From the human T2T-CHM13v2.0 reference genome, Homo sapiens, in NCBI RefSeq assembly GCF_009914755.1, contig NC_060927.1: a stretch of DNA of 64,000 bases; one strand, written 5' to 3'. Position 1 is the stretch's first letter. Each line of letters opens with the position of its first letter. The notes under the pieces were generated by a model that saw only the letters and a program-made list of their open reading frames with translations, made no database searches and was not told the origin of the DNA. Below, one piece after another: positions 1 to 14,548 of this stretch. Position numbers and translations under genes: made by a program.

Positions 1-2666
1 CTTTTATACTGAATGTTCTAATACTTTAATCAAATTACTAAAAATATAGTACAAAAGAAAATAATGCACAAGCTTAGAAAAATATAAAATATTTTCAAAG
101 AAAATAATCTTTAAGAGCATGTTTTCTAGAAATGTTTTGTGTTTGTTTTTCTTAAAGAAAACACAAACAAGTTTCAACTAGAGTATAGGAAACTTCAGCA
201 ATCAAAAGATTTTGCTGAGCATATTTCATGATGCTACAAATATTAGTGTGATTTTATATTTTCCCTTTCATCCAAAAGTAAGTTATATGTCATTTATTTA
301 AAAATAGGCATTCTTTTGAAATTGATTTCCTCCTATATCAGACAAAATTTATTTTTAACTAACTTGAAACCAACTTCTTCAGTGATAAGATAAAGTCCTC
401 AATAAGTTCTAATTTCACATTAAGTAATGAAAAGATTTAAGTTACCACATGTACTTATAAATGTCAACATGTAAAAATAAACCTGTGAACTGCATACCCT
501 TCACTTGATATACTTATTGTAGGCAAGATTTCATTTACAAATTGGACTTATAGTAAGTGCTTAAAATAATGACATGTTCAAATTAAAAAAGCAATTTAAA
601 ATATAGACAAAGGAAACAGGAAAAAAAAAAAACCAAGTGCATTTTAAGAACATAAGAAAGGAAAAGGAGCATAACAGGAAATCTCATGAAGAACCTGAGG
701 TGCACTAACATTTGGAAGGAAGACTTTTTGGTTCTTTGATTTCCTTCCTGGATGACAAAGTTCAACACTAAGCACAGTCACTGTCAACAGAATCATTCTC
801 TGGATATATCACCATCTGAAGGCCTATGCTATTTTCAGACTAACAGGCTAAAGAAAAAAGCATTTTAAAAAAGCATCATATTTTCTATGCATGATCATTT
901 ATGATTAATTGACTTGTTTCCCCTTGAGCTTTTATATAATATATACAGTAGTAAAAAAAATCAACTTTTGAGTTAAATGACATATCCTCAGTGTTCTGAC
1001 CACTATGACTTACAGCATGGCCAGCTAATCCGGAAACTGTTAAGTTGTAATTATACCATCATCATCAATTAACAGTACACACATTTAGTCTCCTATAATT
1101 GAAATAAAATCTATAAATAGGAACATACCACAAACAAGTGATAAACAGCTTTTAGTGGAAATGGGCCCCAGATTTTCATAGTATATGTACTCTAAATTCA
1201 CTGATAATGGCGTGCCTACTTTCTGTATCTTTGAAGGAGATTTTCAATTCTGTGCCTGCTACCTGTTTTACTCTGCTGCTTCTAGATCACTTATTAATGT
1301 ATAGAGACTGACAACTCATTTTAACATTAAATATCACCAAAACAATTACAGGGAACATCTGGGCTGCTCCTTCACTATCCTACCCCAACACAAAGACAAA
1401 CTACAGAATGTACTTCAAGCAACACATGTGAGTTTGGATTACAAACACAACTGTCCCCCTATCTAAGCATACAAGCACAAGTAATTGAAAGTTAACTGAT
1501 TATGAAAACCATAAACAGTTTCATCTTTATAAACAACCATTTTTCAACATAACTTTCAAATTTTCCAGCAGAGTACACTAAAAAGACTATTACATTATCT
1601 TTCCTCAAAGGCACTAAGTAGATGACTCTGTTCTGAGAGAGAAATCACTTCACAACACAAGCCTCCTGACAGGCTGAATATTGTGTTCACTGATCTATGG
1701 GACCAGGTGATATGCTTGCAGCTTTCAGTGTGACAGCACAGCAGGATACATGTGGGAAATACCAGCATAAAGAACCAATGTTGGAGAAGTATTTTTCACT
1801 GTAGAGTTAATACATATTCTACCAAAACAACCATAGATTTTTAGAGGTGGGAGACTCTCCAGGGATTAGCCCAAATCTCTTATTTCAGGGTGAGGAAAGA
1901 AGAGGGTCAGAGAGCTTCAGGGTGTTGCTTAGGGCTCATCAATGGATGAATAGAGAAGAGCAGCAAACTACACTATCTTCTATCGTCTACTTCCACAAAC
2001 CGTTCTCTTTGCCTTTTGTTTTATCCATACCTTTGTGAGGGAAGGAGCATTAGCAGGAACATTTATCATTAATCTGAAGGTAAACAAATTTTTGTTTTTT
2101 TTTTTTGGTAGATTGACATGAGAAGAACAAAACACAAGTACAAATATAGAAGGGTTGCCAAACAAGGCTACTTCCTTTCAGCACAGGGATCAGTTAAAAT
2201 GCCCTAGTGATAATCATGTTCCAAATACTTTGCTTAAGTGCTCTGTTGTCTCCTTATAACTGGGGACTTGGTTTTCATCAATTGTTCCATCTCCATGCAC
2301 TTCCTTTCTCACTTACTGTGATATTAATACTTGACATTTCCTTGGAGACAAAACTTTATATTTCTAGTCATTTGGCTTAGTTCCTCAGAAAATTTAAGCT
2401 ACAACATTAAGAGATTCTCTGACTCATTTGCCTGCCATCAGTTAGAATTACAACTGACTACAGCTTGTTATCAAAGCAATATTGAAATCGTATTTGTTTA
2501 GAACAATAAAACAGTACAATTAAGAAATATGTAAAATAACATTCATTTCCATTCTGGAAATGGGTATATCTCCTGGCATTAAAATACATTTACAATATGC
2601 TAATGCTTTGGTCTCTTTTTTTAAAAAAATGTGTGACAGCTCTACGTTAAAAAGAAAATAATGTAA

Positions 2667-2965
<299 letters not shown>

Positions 2966-4009
2966 ATATATTCTTATGCATGGTAATTTGAATATTCTCA
3001 CAAAAATTTAAATATGAATTATATAAAATCTAGTATTTTACATAGGCAAATAAAAATTAAATAGAAGAATAACATGATGTAACCAATAGAGGAATACAGA
3101 CACGCATGGGTGTGTGCATGTGTGTGTACACACACTCATTGAATAATACTCAACATTTGTATCATTGGGAAAGAAAGTCCATTTAACTTAAGTTTACCGA
3201 TTTAAATGGCACTATGTAAAATCAGAAACTAATTTTGAATGTAATTTCCTTAAACAGAGTATATGGAACATACTTTTAAAATCTTCTTACTGACAATATT
3301 ACTCATGTTACTGTCAACACTAATTATTGAAAACTGATATAACAGAGGGATCCCTTTAAGACATGAATGACACTTGGGTCAGGATGTTTGCTCTGACACT
3401 AAGTGGCCCCAAACTGCTTGTGAGGTCTTAGGATTGCTTTTTAAGTATTTTTTGCCATCAAGATACAACTTCTTGCTTCTAGAGTACAGTTAGCAGAGTC
3501 CTAGTACTAAAAATAAATGTAGCTGTTTCCAATTTCTTTTGAAAAGGGGGACCTAATACATTATGACTCTTCAAAAATAGGTGAAAAATAAAAATGCAAA
3601 GGTTCAGAGTAAGAACCTGAAGTGCTCTCTTATGAATACAAAACATGAGGGAGGTGAAGCTCTGGAAAGGCCCTAACACAGAAATTAGCTTACCTGAGTC
3701 CCAGTAGAAAATGTGCTACCAACAGCAGTGCCCTCACTTACCCATTGAGAGATATGGATTGGATGATCTCCCAGGTTTCCTCTGCTGTAACATTCTGTGG
3801 TTCTAACTTTTATTTTATGGACTCATACACTTACTTTGGCTGCTTTTAGTTTCTCCCTCCCCACTGCTTAAGATTCTAGTTTGTATTCCTTAGAAGTGAA
3901 GCAGCTGGGTGAGAGACTGCAAGCCTAGTGGCCCACTTTCTCAAAACAACTGTAATGCACCAACGAATGCTGTGACTAGTGAAGCCCATGGTACCGGAAC
4001 TTCTCATTT

Positions 4010-4319
4010 TGGATTCCTTTCTAGTGAGAAGCATTACTATACAAAGTTAGCAGAGAACACAGTCAACTGATCTCAATTTCTGTGTTGTGTTAATTCATGC
4101 CATCATACTGTATGGGCATCTACAGGACAAAGTTGCAAGTATACTAGGATATAAATGTTAAAAAAAAAATTACCTCATAAAATATTCTTAAGACCAACAC
4201 GGTATCTAGTATTCCAACTTTATATAACATATTTAAAAAGTAAGTTTTGCATTAATTTCTATTCTAGGAGATTGGTTCCTCACAGGCAGGTGAAGAAATC
4301 CCAGGCTACACCATGAATG
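4010..4319 (+). repeat. Local direct repeat, copy 1 (non-TE, pairs with 7903-8240)
   Basis: Aligns base by base with 7903-8240; 4019-4110 is identical to 7912-8003. Confidence 0.95.
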
Positions 4320-4351
4320 TTTTCTTTAGATTTACTAGTATTTTTTCCTAC

Positions 4352-4608
4352 CTTTGTTCAATTGCACAGGCATGCTTTCTGATTTCATCAGCCTCTGCTG
4401 CTGCTGTTGCTGTTGCAAGTGATGGCTTGGGGCCTCTGCTGAGGTCCTGGTAGGAATTACAACAGAGGAGGAGCTACTGCTGTTGCCTCCAGGTACAGGG
4501 CCACCTGCACTGCCTGGAGCCATTGCTGGGGAAATCAACTTTCTTCCAAAATTAATCAGGCTATTAGAGACCTTATTTATATTCAGGGGAGCACCTTTGG
4601 CATTGGTC
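4352..4608 (-). CDS. TBC1D5: TBC1D5 internal coding exon (257 bp): (R)TNAKGAPLNINKVSNSLINFGRKLISPAMAPGSAGGPVPGGNSSSSSSVVIPTRTSAEAPSHHLQQQQQQQRLMKSESMPVQLNK(G)
   Basis: Acceptor ttctttttttaacag|GACCAAT and donor AACAAAG|gtagga. Overlaps ORF 4335..4538. GC-richer than its flanks. CG+G completes an Arg codon with the 24700 exon. Confidence 0.95.
4395..4415 (-). repeat. Coding CAA/CAG repeat encoding Q7
   Basis: Minus strand reads CAA CAG CAA CAG CAG CAG CAG. Confidence 0.9.
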
Positions 4609-4822
4609 CTGTTAAAAAAAGAAATGGAGAAGCATTATTTACATTAGAGGATGATTCTATTTCACATAATTAATTGGTATAAAAGCACACCTTGTCTGCT
4701 TTGAAAAAGGTCATTTACTAGACCAGCTATATAAAGTGAGAAGTGAAAAATTTAAAGTTACTACAGAATAAATAATGAGTTTCTTAAAAACATAGCTTAT
4801 GGAAAACAGTCTTATTTACATT

Positions 4823-5960
4823 TCATTCATTCATTCAACAAATAGAGCTAACCCTGCTGGGTTATGAGGACATAACTGCCCCAAAATAGACACAGTTCCC
4901 TTCCTGGAACTTCTAGTCTAGTAGAGAAGAAGTATATTAATCAAATAATCACATAAATAAATATATGCTTAAAACCTGCGACTGGACTATGAAGGACAGG
5001 CTAGGCAAGTCATGGGGTCCTCACAGAAGGGGGCATCTATGAAATGAAGCTAAGAATAGATTTCTTACCAGCCCTGGCACATGGGTACTAGGTCAAATTT
5101 AATATGATTTTGAAAATATATATGTCTGACAGTCATGAAGTAAATTCCTAAAAGTTATGTCCTTATTCTCTACCCCAGTGCTCCATATCCTCCTTCTCCA
5201 CTTCCCTGGTTTATTTTTCTCGATAGCACTTTTCATCATCTGACATACTATATATTTCATTTATTTATTTGGTTATCATTTGTTCACTTCTTCCAATCCC
5301 CATTCAAATACAAGTTTCATGAGGGCAAGGATTTTTGTCTCTTTTGTTAACTACTATATTGCCATTGTCTGGTACATCATAGGTACTTTATTAATAATAT
5401 TTGTTAAATGGTAGCAGCATCTACCCATAGTCCGTCTTTTCACCTGCCACAATGGAAGACCAGCCTCTCCATTTGTGCTTTGAATCCCATTTCCTCTGAC
5501 TTTCAGAGGTTGTTATTCCTGCATCCTCCTCTCCTGCATCATCATTTTCTCCTTCTTTACTGTATCATTTCCATTAGCATACAACCATGGTGAGTATATG
5601 TATATGTACACTAAATTCTCTACTGAACTCTTGTTCCTTTCAAGTTACCATCCCATTTCTTCCTCTACTTATAACATGTTTTTTCAAGGTATATTAAGGT
5701 GCCACTTCTGCTTCCTCAGTCTTTGGTCCACCAAGCTCCAGCTGTGGCCTATTTGCCATTGCCCTAAAGCTATTCCTCAAGGTCACCAATGACTTCACAT
5801 TGCAGTTCCAAAGGTCTATTCTTATTTGACTCTACCTCTCAGCAGCTATCAACTCTCTTAACCACTACTTTCTCTCTCATATTTTGTCTCTTGGCCAGCA
5901 CCTGTATTATAACTGTGCCTGGCAAATAGAGGGCACCAAGTTAACATTTGTTAGATGAAC
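4823..5960. mobile_element. Cluster of L2 fragments in both orientations
   Basis: ttcattcattcattcaacaaata (reverse-complement L2 tail), tgtgcctggc...tttgttagatgaa (forward tail) and typical pyrimidine-rich L2 body. Confidence 0.6.
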
Positions 5961-7902
5961 AATTCCCAAATGACTCAGAATCTTGCAGTATCTCAGGGCT
6001 ATTATCTTGAAGACCAGTTATGATTACAGATTATTTTAGTTGTAAAGGGGAGTCCAGCTCCATGACAATATTGAAGTTTGTGTTTTTATTGCCCAAATCA
6101 TTAATAGAAATGAAATAGCTCACATTTTGCTTTTTTCATAAAAATGGAAAATTGAAAATCAACTTTAAGAGATCTACTTATTTGATTTTAATTAACTTGA
6201 TTTTTACTATAATTTCCTTCTCTCAGATCTAGCTGTCAGCACTTAAATGGTAATTCTACCTTTTATATGACAGCTATATCCTTTCATTACTACATGTTGC
6301 TGTAAAACAGAACAGATCCATAGTTCTATAATAAAAAGGAAAGAACACTAGACTTCTACCTTCCATAAAGTTTTCTCTAATGCTACTAGCTAATGTTATG
6401 GGCTAGGTATTAGAGACTTACATTGCTTTGGAGGTAGGACAAATCAAATTTAAAATACGAAATTCAGCTTTATAAAAGAAAGATCGATTCATTATAACTC
6501 AATGAAGTGTGAAAAAAATTTCAAATGGTTCCTTTGGCATCAAGTTTCATCTTTAAAGAACTGAGCTATGTAAATGTCCTTCCAAAAATTATTAAAAATA
6601 ACGTTTCCTACTGGAGATAAGGATATAAAGTGATTATGCACCACTTACTTTCATTTTTTAGGTGCTTCCTAGTGAAGTAGAGCATTCTTAATTTACATTT
6701 ACTATAGGCTGGCAACAGAGAAGGCACTCAATATATGTTTATTGAGAAAAAAGAATGAATGAAATGAAAAAACTCATAAATTCTGGATTAACTAGGCATT
6801 CACCTCTGGCATTATATTCCACTCAGCAGCCTGCATACATTCCCATTTCCTGTGAGTGATAGTATAAAGAAAAGCTATCATGGACTGAAGTTCTGTTGCA
6901 TTTTAGTTTTGCTTGTTTGCAAGTCAGGATTCATAATTCCCAGATATGAAGAAGTTATAATGTTGTTACCCTTTTTTATACAAAAAAAGTACTAGTCAAA
7001 TTCCCACATTGCCGGTTGTAAAATTTATATGTTGATAAAAGTACTAAGAAACTGCTAGAGCATTATCAAGAGAATACGGTTAATGCATCTTCATTACTAC
7101 TAATAACCATGAAAAACATATAGATCAAGTTTATGCAGAGCAATTTTTCATCTGAATAGCTCTTAAAAGGGGATGAGCACTGTTTTCCTTTGTTGAACAT
7201 TTTTTTGTGTGTTTTTAACCATGTTCTCCCTCATCTGGTACCCACAGTTTCTAGAAGAATTTTTTTTTCAAAACAACAATTGAAGGTGATTATGTGTCTT
7301 CCGGATATAAGCAATTGTAAGCCATACAGAGAAAGCAATCTGTCCAGAGCTTGTCTGTTTTTCTAGGCATAACAGTTTTTATACCAAAGTTATCTAATTT
7401 AGAACTGAAATATGAGCAGCAGAATTCTTCCTGTGAAATATTAAACAACTTCCAACAATTATTAATGGCTGTGATGTGTATGATTAAGTCATGCGTGCTA
7501 AATTAATGAAAATTAAAGTAGTTGTCAGAGAGCTGATGGACAGCAGGGATTAGACTGGATTAAAGATGGAGTGCAATGTGTTAACAGTGTTGAAATAAAC
7601 AGCAAGAGGAATTTGGAGTTAACAAGACATTGAATATCAAATCTAATGAGTAACCAATTTTGTGTTAATTGAAGTCTTTCATTACTATTGTCTATCTACT
7701 GTTACTAAAAATAGTACTGTTTAGGAGAGATCATTTTAAAATTCTGCCAGGAACTTAACTTTTGGCACAACCTCATTTAACAAGTTAAGTCAGTACCAAG
7801 AGGTGAACTTTCTGAAGATCCAAGAATATCCTCAAAATACCTGTACCAGAACCCAATTCTGACCTGAATTCACTGTTGAGCTTATGTTCAGTTTCTTAAC
7901 AC

Positions 7903-8240
7903 TGGATTCTCTTCTAGTGAGAAGCATTACTATACAAAGTTAGCAGAGAACACAGTCAACTGATCTCAATTTCTGTGTTGTGTTAATTCATGCCATCATA
8001 CTGCATGGGCATCTACAGGACAAAGTTGCAAGTATACTAGGATATAAATGTTTAAAAAAAACCCAAAAAAAACCCCAAATTATCTCATAAAATGTTCTTA
8101 AGACCAACACAGTATCTGATATTCCAACCTTAAAAGAATCAAATATAACATATTTAAAAAGTAAGTTTTGCATTAATTTCTATTCTGGGAGGTTGGTTCC
8201 TCACAGACAGGTGAAGAAATTCCAGGCTACGCTGTGAATG
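7903..8240 (+). repeat. Local direct repeat, copy 2
   Basis: Same sequence as 4010-4319, with an expanded A/C tract and an extra ~11 bp (aaagaatcaaa). Confidence 0.95.
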
Positions 8241-8949
8241 AAAATAGGTGATTTTAGCTATCTCTTCCTAGATTTTTATTGCCCACTTGATGTCTTGCAG
8301 CCTGGCTTTCTGACCCGCACTCTACTGAAAGAGCTTCTAGGGCCTCCAATGCCTTCGTAGTTTCCAGTCATGGCCTGTTCTTATTACATTTCTATAAACT
8401 TTCTGAAGCTTTTAAAAAACCATTATCACATTATCACCTCTATAAAAATTCTCCACAACCTTTTCTCTCCTGGATCTAAATATTTACAAAATTCTAGTTT
8501 ATCTCCTTTCTTCCTCTATGTTTATTTTTTAGATTTGATATTAAATATGTAATATTTATTTCACTTTTTCTGCAATAAAATCTTGTTAGATGCTTAGCTA
8601 TACTTTTGTCAAAGAATCACTTCAATTCATTTCAAATTATTTTTCTCTATATTCTAATTTATATATATTTTTGTTATTTCTTTTCCTTGTGTTTTCCAAG
8701 GTTGAATACTTCCGTTCATTCATTCACTTATTCATCCTTTATTCTCCCTCTTTTCCGATAAAAGCATTTAAAGCTACACATATGCTTGGTTTTAACAATA
8801 GCATGAAAGTTTTCTCTCATTTTCTAAATAGCCTTGTTGGCTCATTTGTTATTTAGGTACAATTAAAAATTTCAGATGGCTGGGTTTGTTTGAGTTTAAA
8901 TATATTACTTATTTAGATTTATTGAATAAAACAGAAATATTGGAGGAAT

Positions 8950-10480
8950 GGAAGTGGGAAAATGTTCTGATTTTTCAAAACGACTATGGAAAGCACAATT
9001 TAGAAAATAAACCGATATATATATATAAATATTTTTACTAATTACTTTGAAATGAATATCTTTTATTACAAGTAGACAGTATGGTTCACTAAAAAGTCAT
9101 TCCAAGGCAACTTTACTTCTCATCTGATAGTGTGAAAGGTCTGTTAGATTTTGTTAATGTATGTCAGTACCTGTGGAAATAATAATGGAAATAATGCGTG
9201 TTCAGATATAGTGGAACAACTGTACCCCAAGCATACTGTTCAATATTCTAGCACCCACCAAGTGTTACTGGTGATTATATGTGTCTCAGACTTGGGTCAC
9301 AGACTTGTTACCAATCCATCTTTTAGGACGGTCATAATCTTCTGTTAATGAGTTGTGTAACCATGAGAGAGTTATTTATCCTGTCTGGACCCAAGTTTCC
9401 TTATCCTAAAATAAGGGAGCTGAATTTTATGATATTTTAGGTACTTTTTAGATTGAAAATTATACTATTTTGTGACCTGAAGAATGAAAATATGTGCTTA
9501 TTGAATTTCGATCAAAGGCTAAAGAGATACCCAATATATCAAATAGAAGAATCAAATTTTTTAATGTTTTCAACATAAAGTAAATGACAAATGTTTGAGG
9601 TGACAGATACGCTAATTATTCTGATTTGATCATTGCATATTGTATACATGTATGATATAGCACACTCTACCTCCAAAATGTGTACAATTATTGTGTACAA
9701 ATTAAAAACAGTAGTAAGAGCAAAAATGAAAAAAAGACTAAAAAATTTGCAATTTAAAATAATCTCAACAGGCTAGCATGAAAGATTAAACAAAATTTAA
9801 CAAAGATAAATAAAAGCTCATGTAACTATTTTAAAACTTTTTATAATTGCACATTACATACAGAACAAGAAGGCATGGATAACATGAGTTTAAATTAAAA
9901 AAAAAATTCAGAACTCCCAAACATTAATGTTTTGATTGGGTTTGGTTTGGCTGACAAGACTAATATGAGCTCACAGTGATGACACTGAAGAAAATTATGA
10001 TTCTTGGACTGCATTAATACTAGATGAGTCCTCACACTGCAGAAGATGCTGTATAACTTTGGCAATCAGCTTTGGTAATGCATTAATTTCTGAAAGATTT
10101 GAGTTGTGTTTATAAATGGAGTGGAATGGTAGAGAAGCTGAAAACTATGCTGGAAGAGGAATGACTGCAAAACCCGAGGAGTAAGTCCTACATACAATAT
10201 AGTGAGGGATGCCATGAAGGAAAGCAGCCCTTTTTTGGTGTGGCTTAGAAATGAGATGAGTTACAAAAGTTAAAAAAGTGAGTTACAAAAGCTATGACAT
10301 AGGAAATCTTATCTAGTGATAAAACAGGCTTCATTTACAAAAGTAAGGGCTCCAATCCTGGAACTGTACAAGTAGAGATTGAAAAATAATCTTTAGATAC
10401 ACAGCCTAGTTCTAGTCCTGGCATGCCTGAGAGACAGTATTAAATGAAAGCCCCTTTCCAACTCTAAGAGTTTATGATCT
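8950..10480 (+). mobile_element. Degraded CR1/L3 LINE fragments, interrupted by a MIR and an L1 3' piece
   Basis: RT-like relics (atggttcactaaaaagtcattcc; aatatgagctcacagtg...ggactgcattaa) and a CR1-type 3' end ccctttccaactctaagagtttatgat. Confidence 0.5.
9580..9735 (+). mobile_element. L1MA-type 3' UTR end fragment
   Basis: aatgtttgaggtgacagatacgctaattattctgatttgatcattgcat...aattaaaaac followed by an A-rich tail. Confidence 0.75.
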
Positions 10481-11071
10481 GCAGTGCCAAATGGCATCTA
10501 TCGTCACATTTATCACATCACTCAGACAAAAGGACCAAATAAGAGGCTTGTATACTAGTATAGGACCTTGAGAAATGCCAGTCAAACCCCATCTCCAAAT
10601 GAAGGTGCCTATTTTCCCTGTGTCCTTAGTTTCACCTTCAGTTTCCATTCCATTCCTTCTGCCCTTCCTTCCTCCTATCTTCCTTCCAAAATCTTTCTTT
10701 TCTATTCTTTTCCCTTCTCTTTCTTTCATAGTCTCATTTTCTTTCTATCATTTTCTCAAATTGTTCTATCTATACTTTTTACTACCATAAAAACATTTAA
10801 TGCAGTGGGATACTTGGAAAAAATAAATTGATGCCACTAAACATATATCTATGTATCTCTGGTTTGGAGACAGAAACAATATTCTCTTTGCACCCCTGTA
10901 TACTCCTAACTCTGTCATTATTGATCTGCTGAGTGGATTATGGTTTATATTTATTTCTTCCATGCTTATAGATATCAATCTATTTGGAAACTTAAAACAT
11001 TCATCAGAGTTGCAACATAATACTTTCAAGATGATTCTAACATCTAAGGTAATAATCAGGATATACTTCTA

Positions 11072-11397
<326 letters not shown>

Positions 11398-11967
11398 CTA
11401 AAGGTTTTGAATTCTGTAAAAGGAATGTTTCTAAAGTTCTTAATTCTGTAACTTTGAAGTTCAGTGTTTCAAATTTACTTCAATGAAAGACTTCTATATC
11501 TAATTTTAATTTGCTTGCCATACTGTAAGGTTTGTTATTTTAGGAAGTGAACTCACTGCTCATCTCAAGGAACTCTAGATTCTTAAAGATCTTTATTAAA
11601 ACTAAATGATGAAGGTTAGCTTGTTAGTACTTACTCCTTTAGAGTTGAATTTCAAGGGAAACATGTTTCCTTTCAGCTATAAAGATTAATTCTTTTATGT
11701 GCAGCAGGCAAACTTTCGTCTATATGATGAGCAGCAAAAGGAGTAGTGTTTGTTAGGAATAAAAAGGTTGGCACTGGTGACAAGAGTAGACGTAAGCTAG
11801 ACTATGGGGCTTACGTAATTGGGGCAACATACAGTTTATAATGTTGATTAAACTAACATAACAAATAATAACCTATTATGTATTAATCATGATGCATCAA
11901 ATCATTAAACTTCTCAAGATATACATATAGGAAAAGAAACTGAGATTTCTATTTTGAGAGTGGTAGT

Positions 11968-12034
11968 TTTGAACTATTTGAATTATTATTTGAATTATTT
12001 ATTTGAACTATTTGAATTATTATTTGAATTATTT
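11968..12034. repeat. 34-bp tandem duplication (tttgaactatttgaattattatttgaattattt)
   Basis: Two near-identical units starting at 11968 and 12002. Confidence 0.85.
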
Positions 12035-12369
12035 TCTCACCTGTATCTGAGGGATATGAAATCATTCCCATAAATAACCATGGTTCACACGAGCAGCATC
12101 TCTAGAGCATTAGGGATTTTCTGGCCTAGACTAACACATGAGAAAGGGAAGAGAGTATAATCCTGAAATGTTCACACTTTGGGAAGTTTTTGCCCTCTTC
12201 ACCTCTCTTTTCCCACTTTGAGAATCACTATATGTCTTCATAATTGAAAAAAAATACAGCTGCAGTAAACATATACTAAGAATTAACTGTTATGGTTTGA
12301 AGGTAGGGGTACAGAAGCCAATAAAATATAAAGATATTTGAGTCTGCAAAATGAAACAGTCACATTTTA

Positions 12370-13005
12370 AAATGCAGGCATAGAAAGGAACAGATTATAT
12401 GTAGAAAAACAAAGGAATATATTTTTTCTTAATTAAAAAAACTATAAAACACTGCTGAGAAGTTAAAGATGACCTAACTAAAGGATGAGATAGCCCATGT
12501 TCATGGATTAGATAATTCAATAATGTTGAAGTTATCAGTTCTTTCTAAATTGATATACATATTAAATGTAACTCCAATCAAAATCCCAACAATTTTTATA
12601 GAAATTGGAAAGTTGATTGTAAAATTTATATGAAAATGCAAAGGAACTAGAATAGTGAAAGTAATAAAAAAGAACAAAGTTGGAGGACTCAGCCTACTTA
12701 AAATCAAGACTTGCTATAAAGTTATATGATTAAGCCACTGTGTTACCAGAGAAAAAACAGAGTGTGGAAATGGATCACACATATATGGCCAGTTGATTTT
12801 CAACCAATGATCCAATTTAATTCAGTAGAGAAAGAAAAGACTTTTTAACAAATATTGCTACACAGCTGGGTATCTATCTTGAAAAAGATGAACCTCAACC
12901 TTTACCTCATTTTACACACAAAAATTACTTTGAGGTGGATCATAAATTTAAATACAAATGGTAGAACCACACAACTTTTAGATGAAAACAAGAGACTATC
13001 TTTGA
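12370..13005 (+). mobile_element. Old L1M ORF2 3' fragment
   Basis: ccatgttcatggatt, caatcaaaatcccaac, aagaacaaagttggaggactca and ttgattttcaac are L1 ORF2 landmarks. Confidence 0.85.
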
Positions 13006-13450
13006 CTGTACAGTAAAGGGTTAACTCAGCATACCTGTGCTGCCCAAAGCCTGTACCTTTCAAAGGACTGGCCCTTGACTGATTCCTGGGAGATAACCTA
13101 TAAGCCTTTGGAATATCCTGCCTGATAAAAGCGTCTTTATATATCTGGGCCTTGGGTCACACCAAATTGTTTACACTAACAATGGGATGTATGGTAAACA
13201 CCTGTTTTTTTTCACCTGGGTCCTGGGTCACACTGTATCAGTCTGACCTCTCTGGGCAGGAATTGGAGACTGGGTAGGTAAGGTTAGTCACATGGGCATT
13301 CCATGCCTACATGACTGACTCCCAGTAAAAAATCCTGGGGGACACCAAGGCTTAGGTGAGCAGCTCTACTTGGCAACACTTTGCATGTGTTGTCATTTAT
13401 CTTGCTGGGAGAATTAAGCACTCCACTGGGAGAGAACAACTGAAAGTTTG
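13006..13450 (+). mobile_element. ERVL-type LTR (MER77/MER68-like), truncated at Tigger1
   Basis: Starts tgtacagtaaagggttaactcagca...ggcccttgact...gggagataacc. The remainder is not seen beyond the Tigger1. Confidence 0.6.
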
Positions 13451-14179
13451 TACAGGCATACCTCAGAGTTATTATTATGAGTTCTGTTCTAGACCACTGT
13501 AATAAAGCAAGTATCACAATAGTGAATTACACAATTTTTTTGGTTTCCCAGTAAATATAAAAGTTCTGTTTACATTATACTGCAGTCTATTCAGTGTGCA
13601 ATAACACTATGTCTAAAAAAAGGAAAAATACTAATTAAAAAAATACTTTATTGCCAAAAGATGCTAATGATCATCTGAGCCTTTAGTGAGTCTTAAGCTT
13701 TTTGCTGATGGAGGGTCTTGTCTCAATGTTGATGGCTTGTGACTAATCAGGGTGGTAGTTCCTGAATGTTGGGGTGGTTGTGGCAATTTCTTAAAATAAG
13801 ACAACAATGAAGTTGGCCACACTGATTGACTCTTCTTTTAAAGAAAGGTTTCTCAATAGCACATGATGCTATTTGATAGCATTTTACCCACAGCAGAACT
13901 TCTTTAAAATTGGAGTCAATCCCTTCAAACCCTACTGCTGGTTTATCAACCAAGCTTATGTAATATTTTAAATGCTTTGCTGTCATTTCAATAATGTTCA
14001 TAGCATATTTACCAGGAGTAGATTCCATCTTAAGAAACCACTTTACCCATCCGTAGGAACTCTCTTCTTCTATTACAGTTTTATCATGAGACTGCAGCAA
14101 TTTGGCCACAATTTTAGGCTCCACTTATAATTCTAGTTCTCTTGCTATTTTCACCCCATGTGGTTACTTCCTCCACTAA

Positions 14180-14533
<354 letters not shown>

Positions 14534-14548
14534 TAAAATCAACTTCTT

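Noticed and set aside
4040-4112. Duplicated intronic snoRNA within the direct repeat
   Set aside because: The minus strand has only an imperfect C box (ATGATGG), no downstream CTGA D box, and just a 7-bp stem (aacacag/ctgtgtt). An Infernal/Rfam scan would settle it.
4335-4351. ORF extension RKKY* as a real C-terminus
   Set aside because: It is read-through past the GT donor at 4351.
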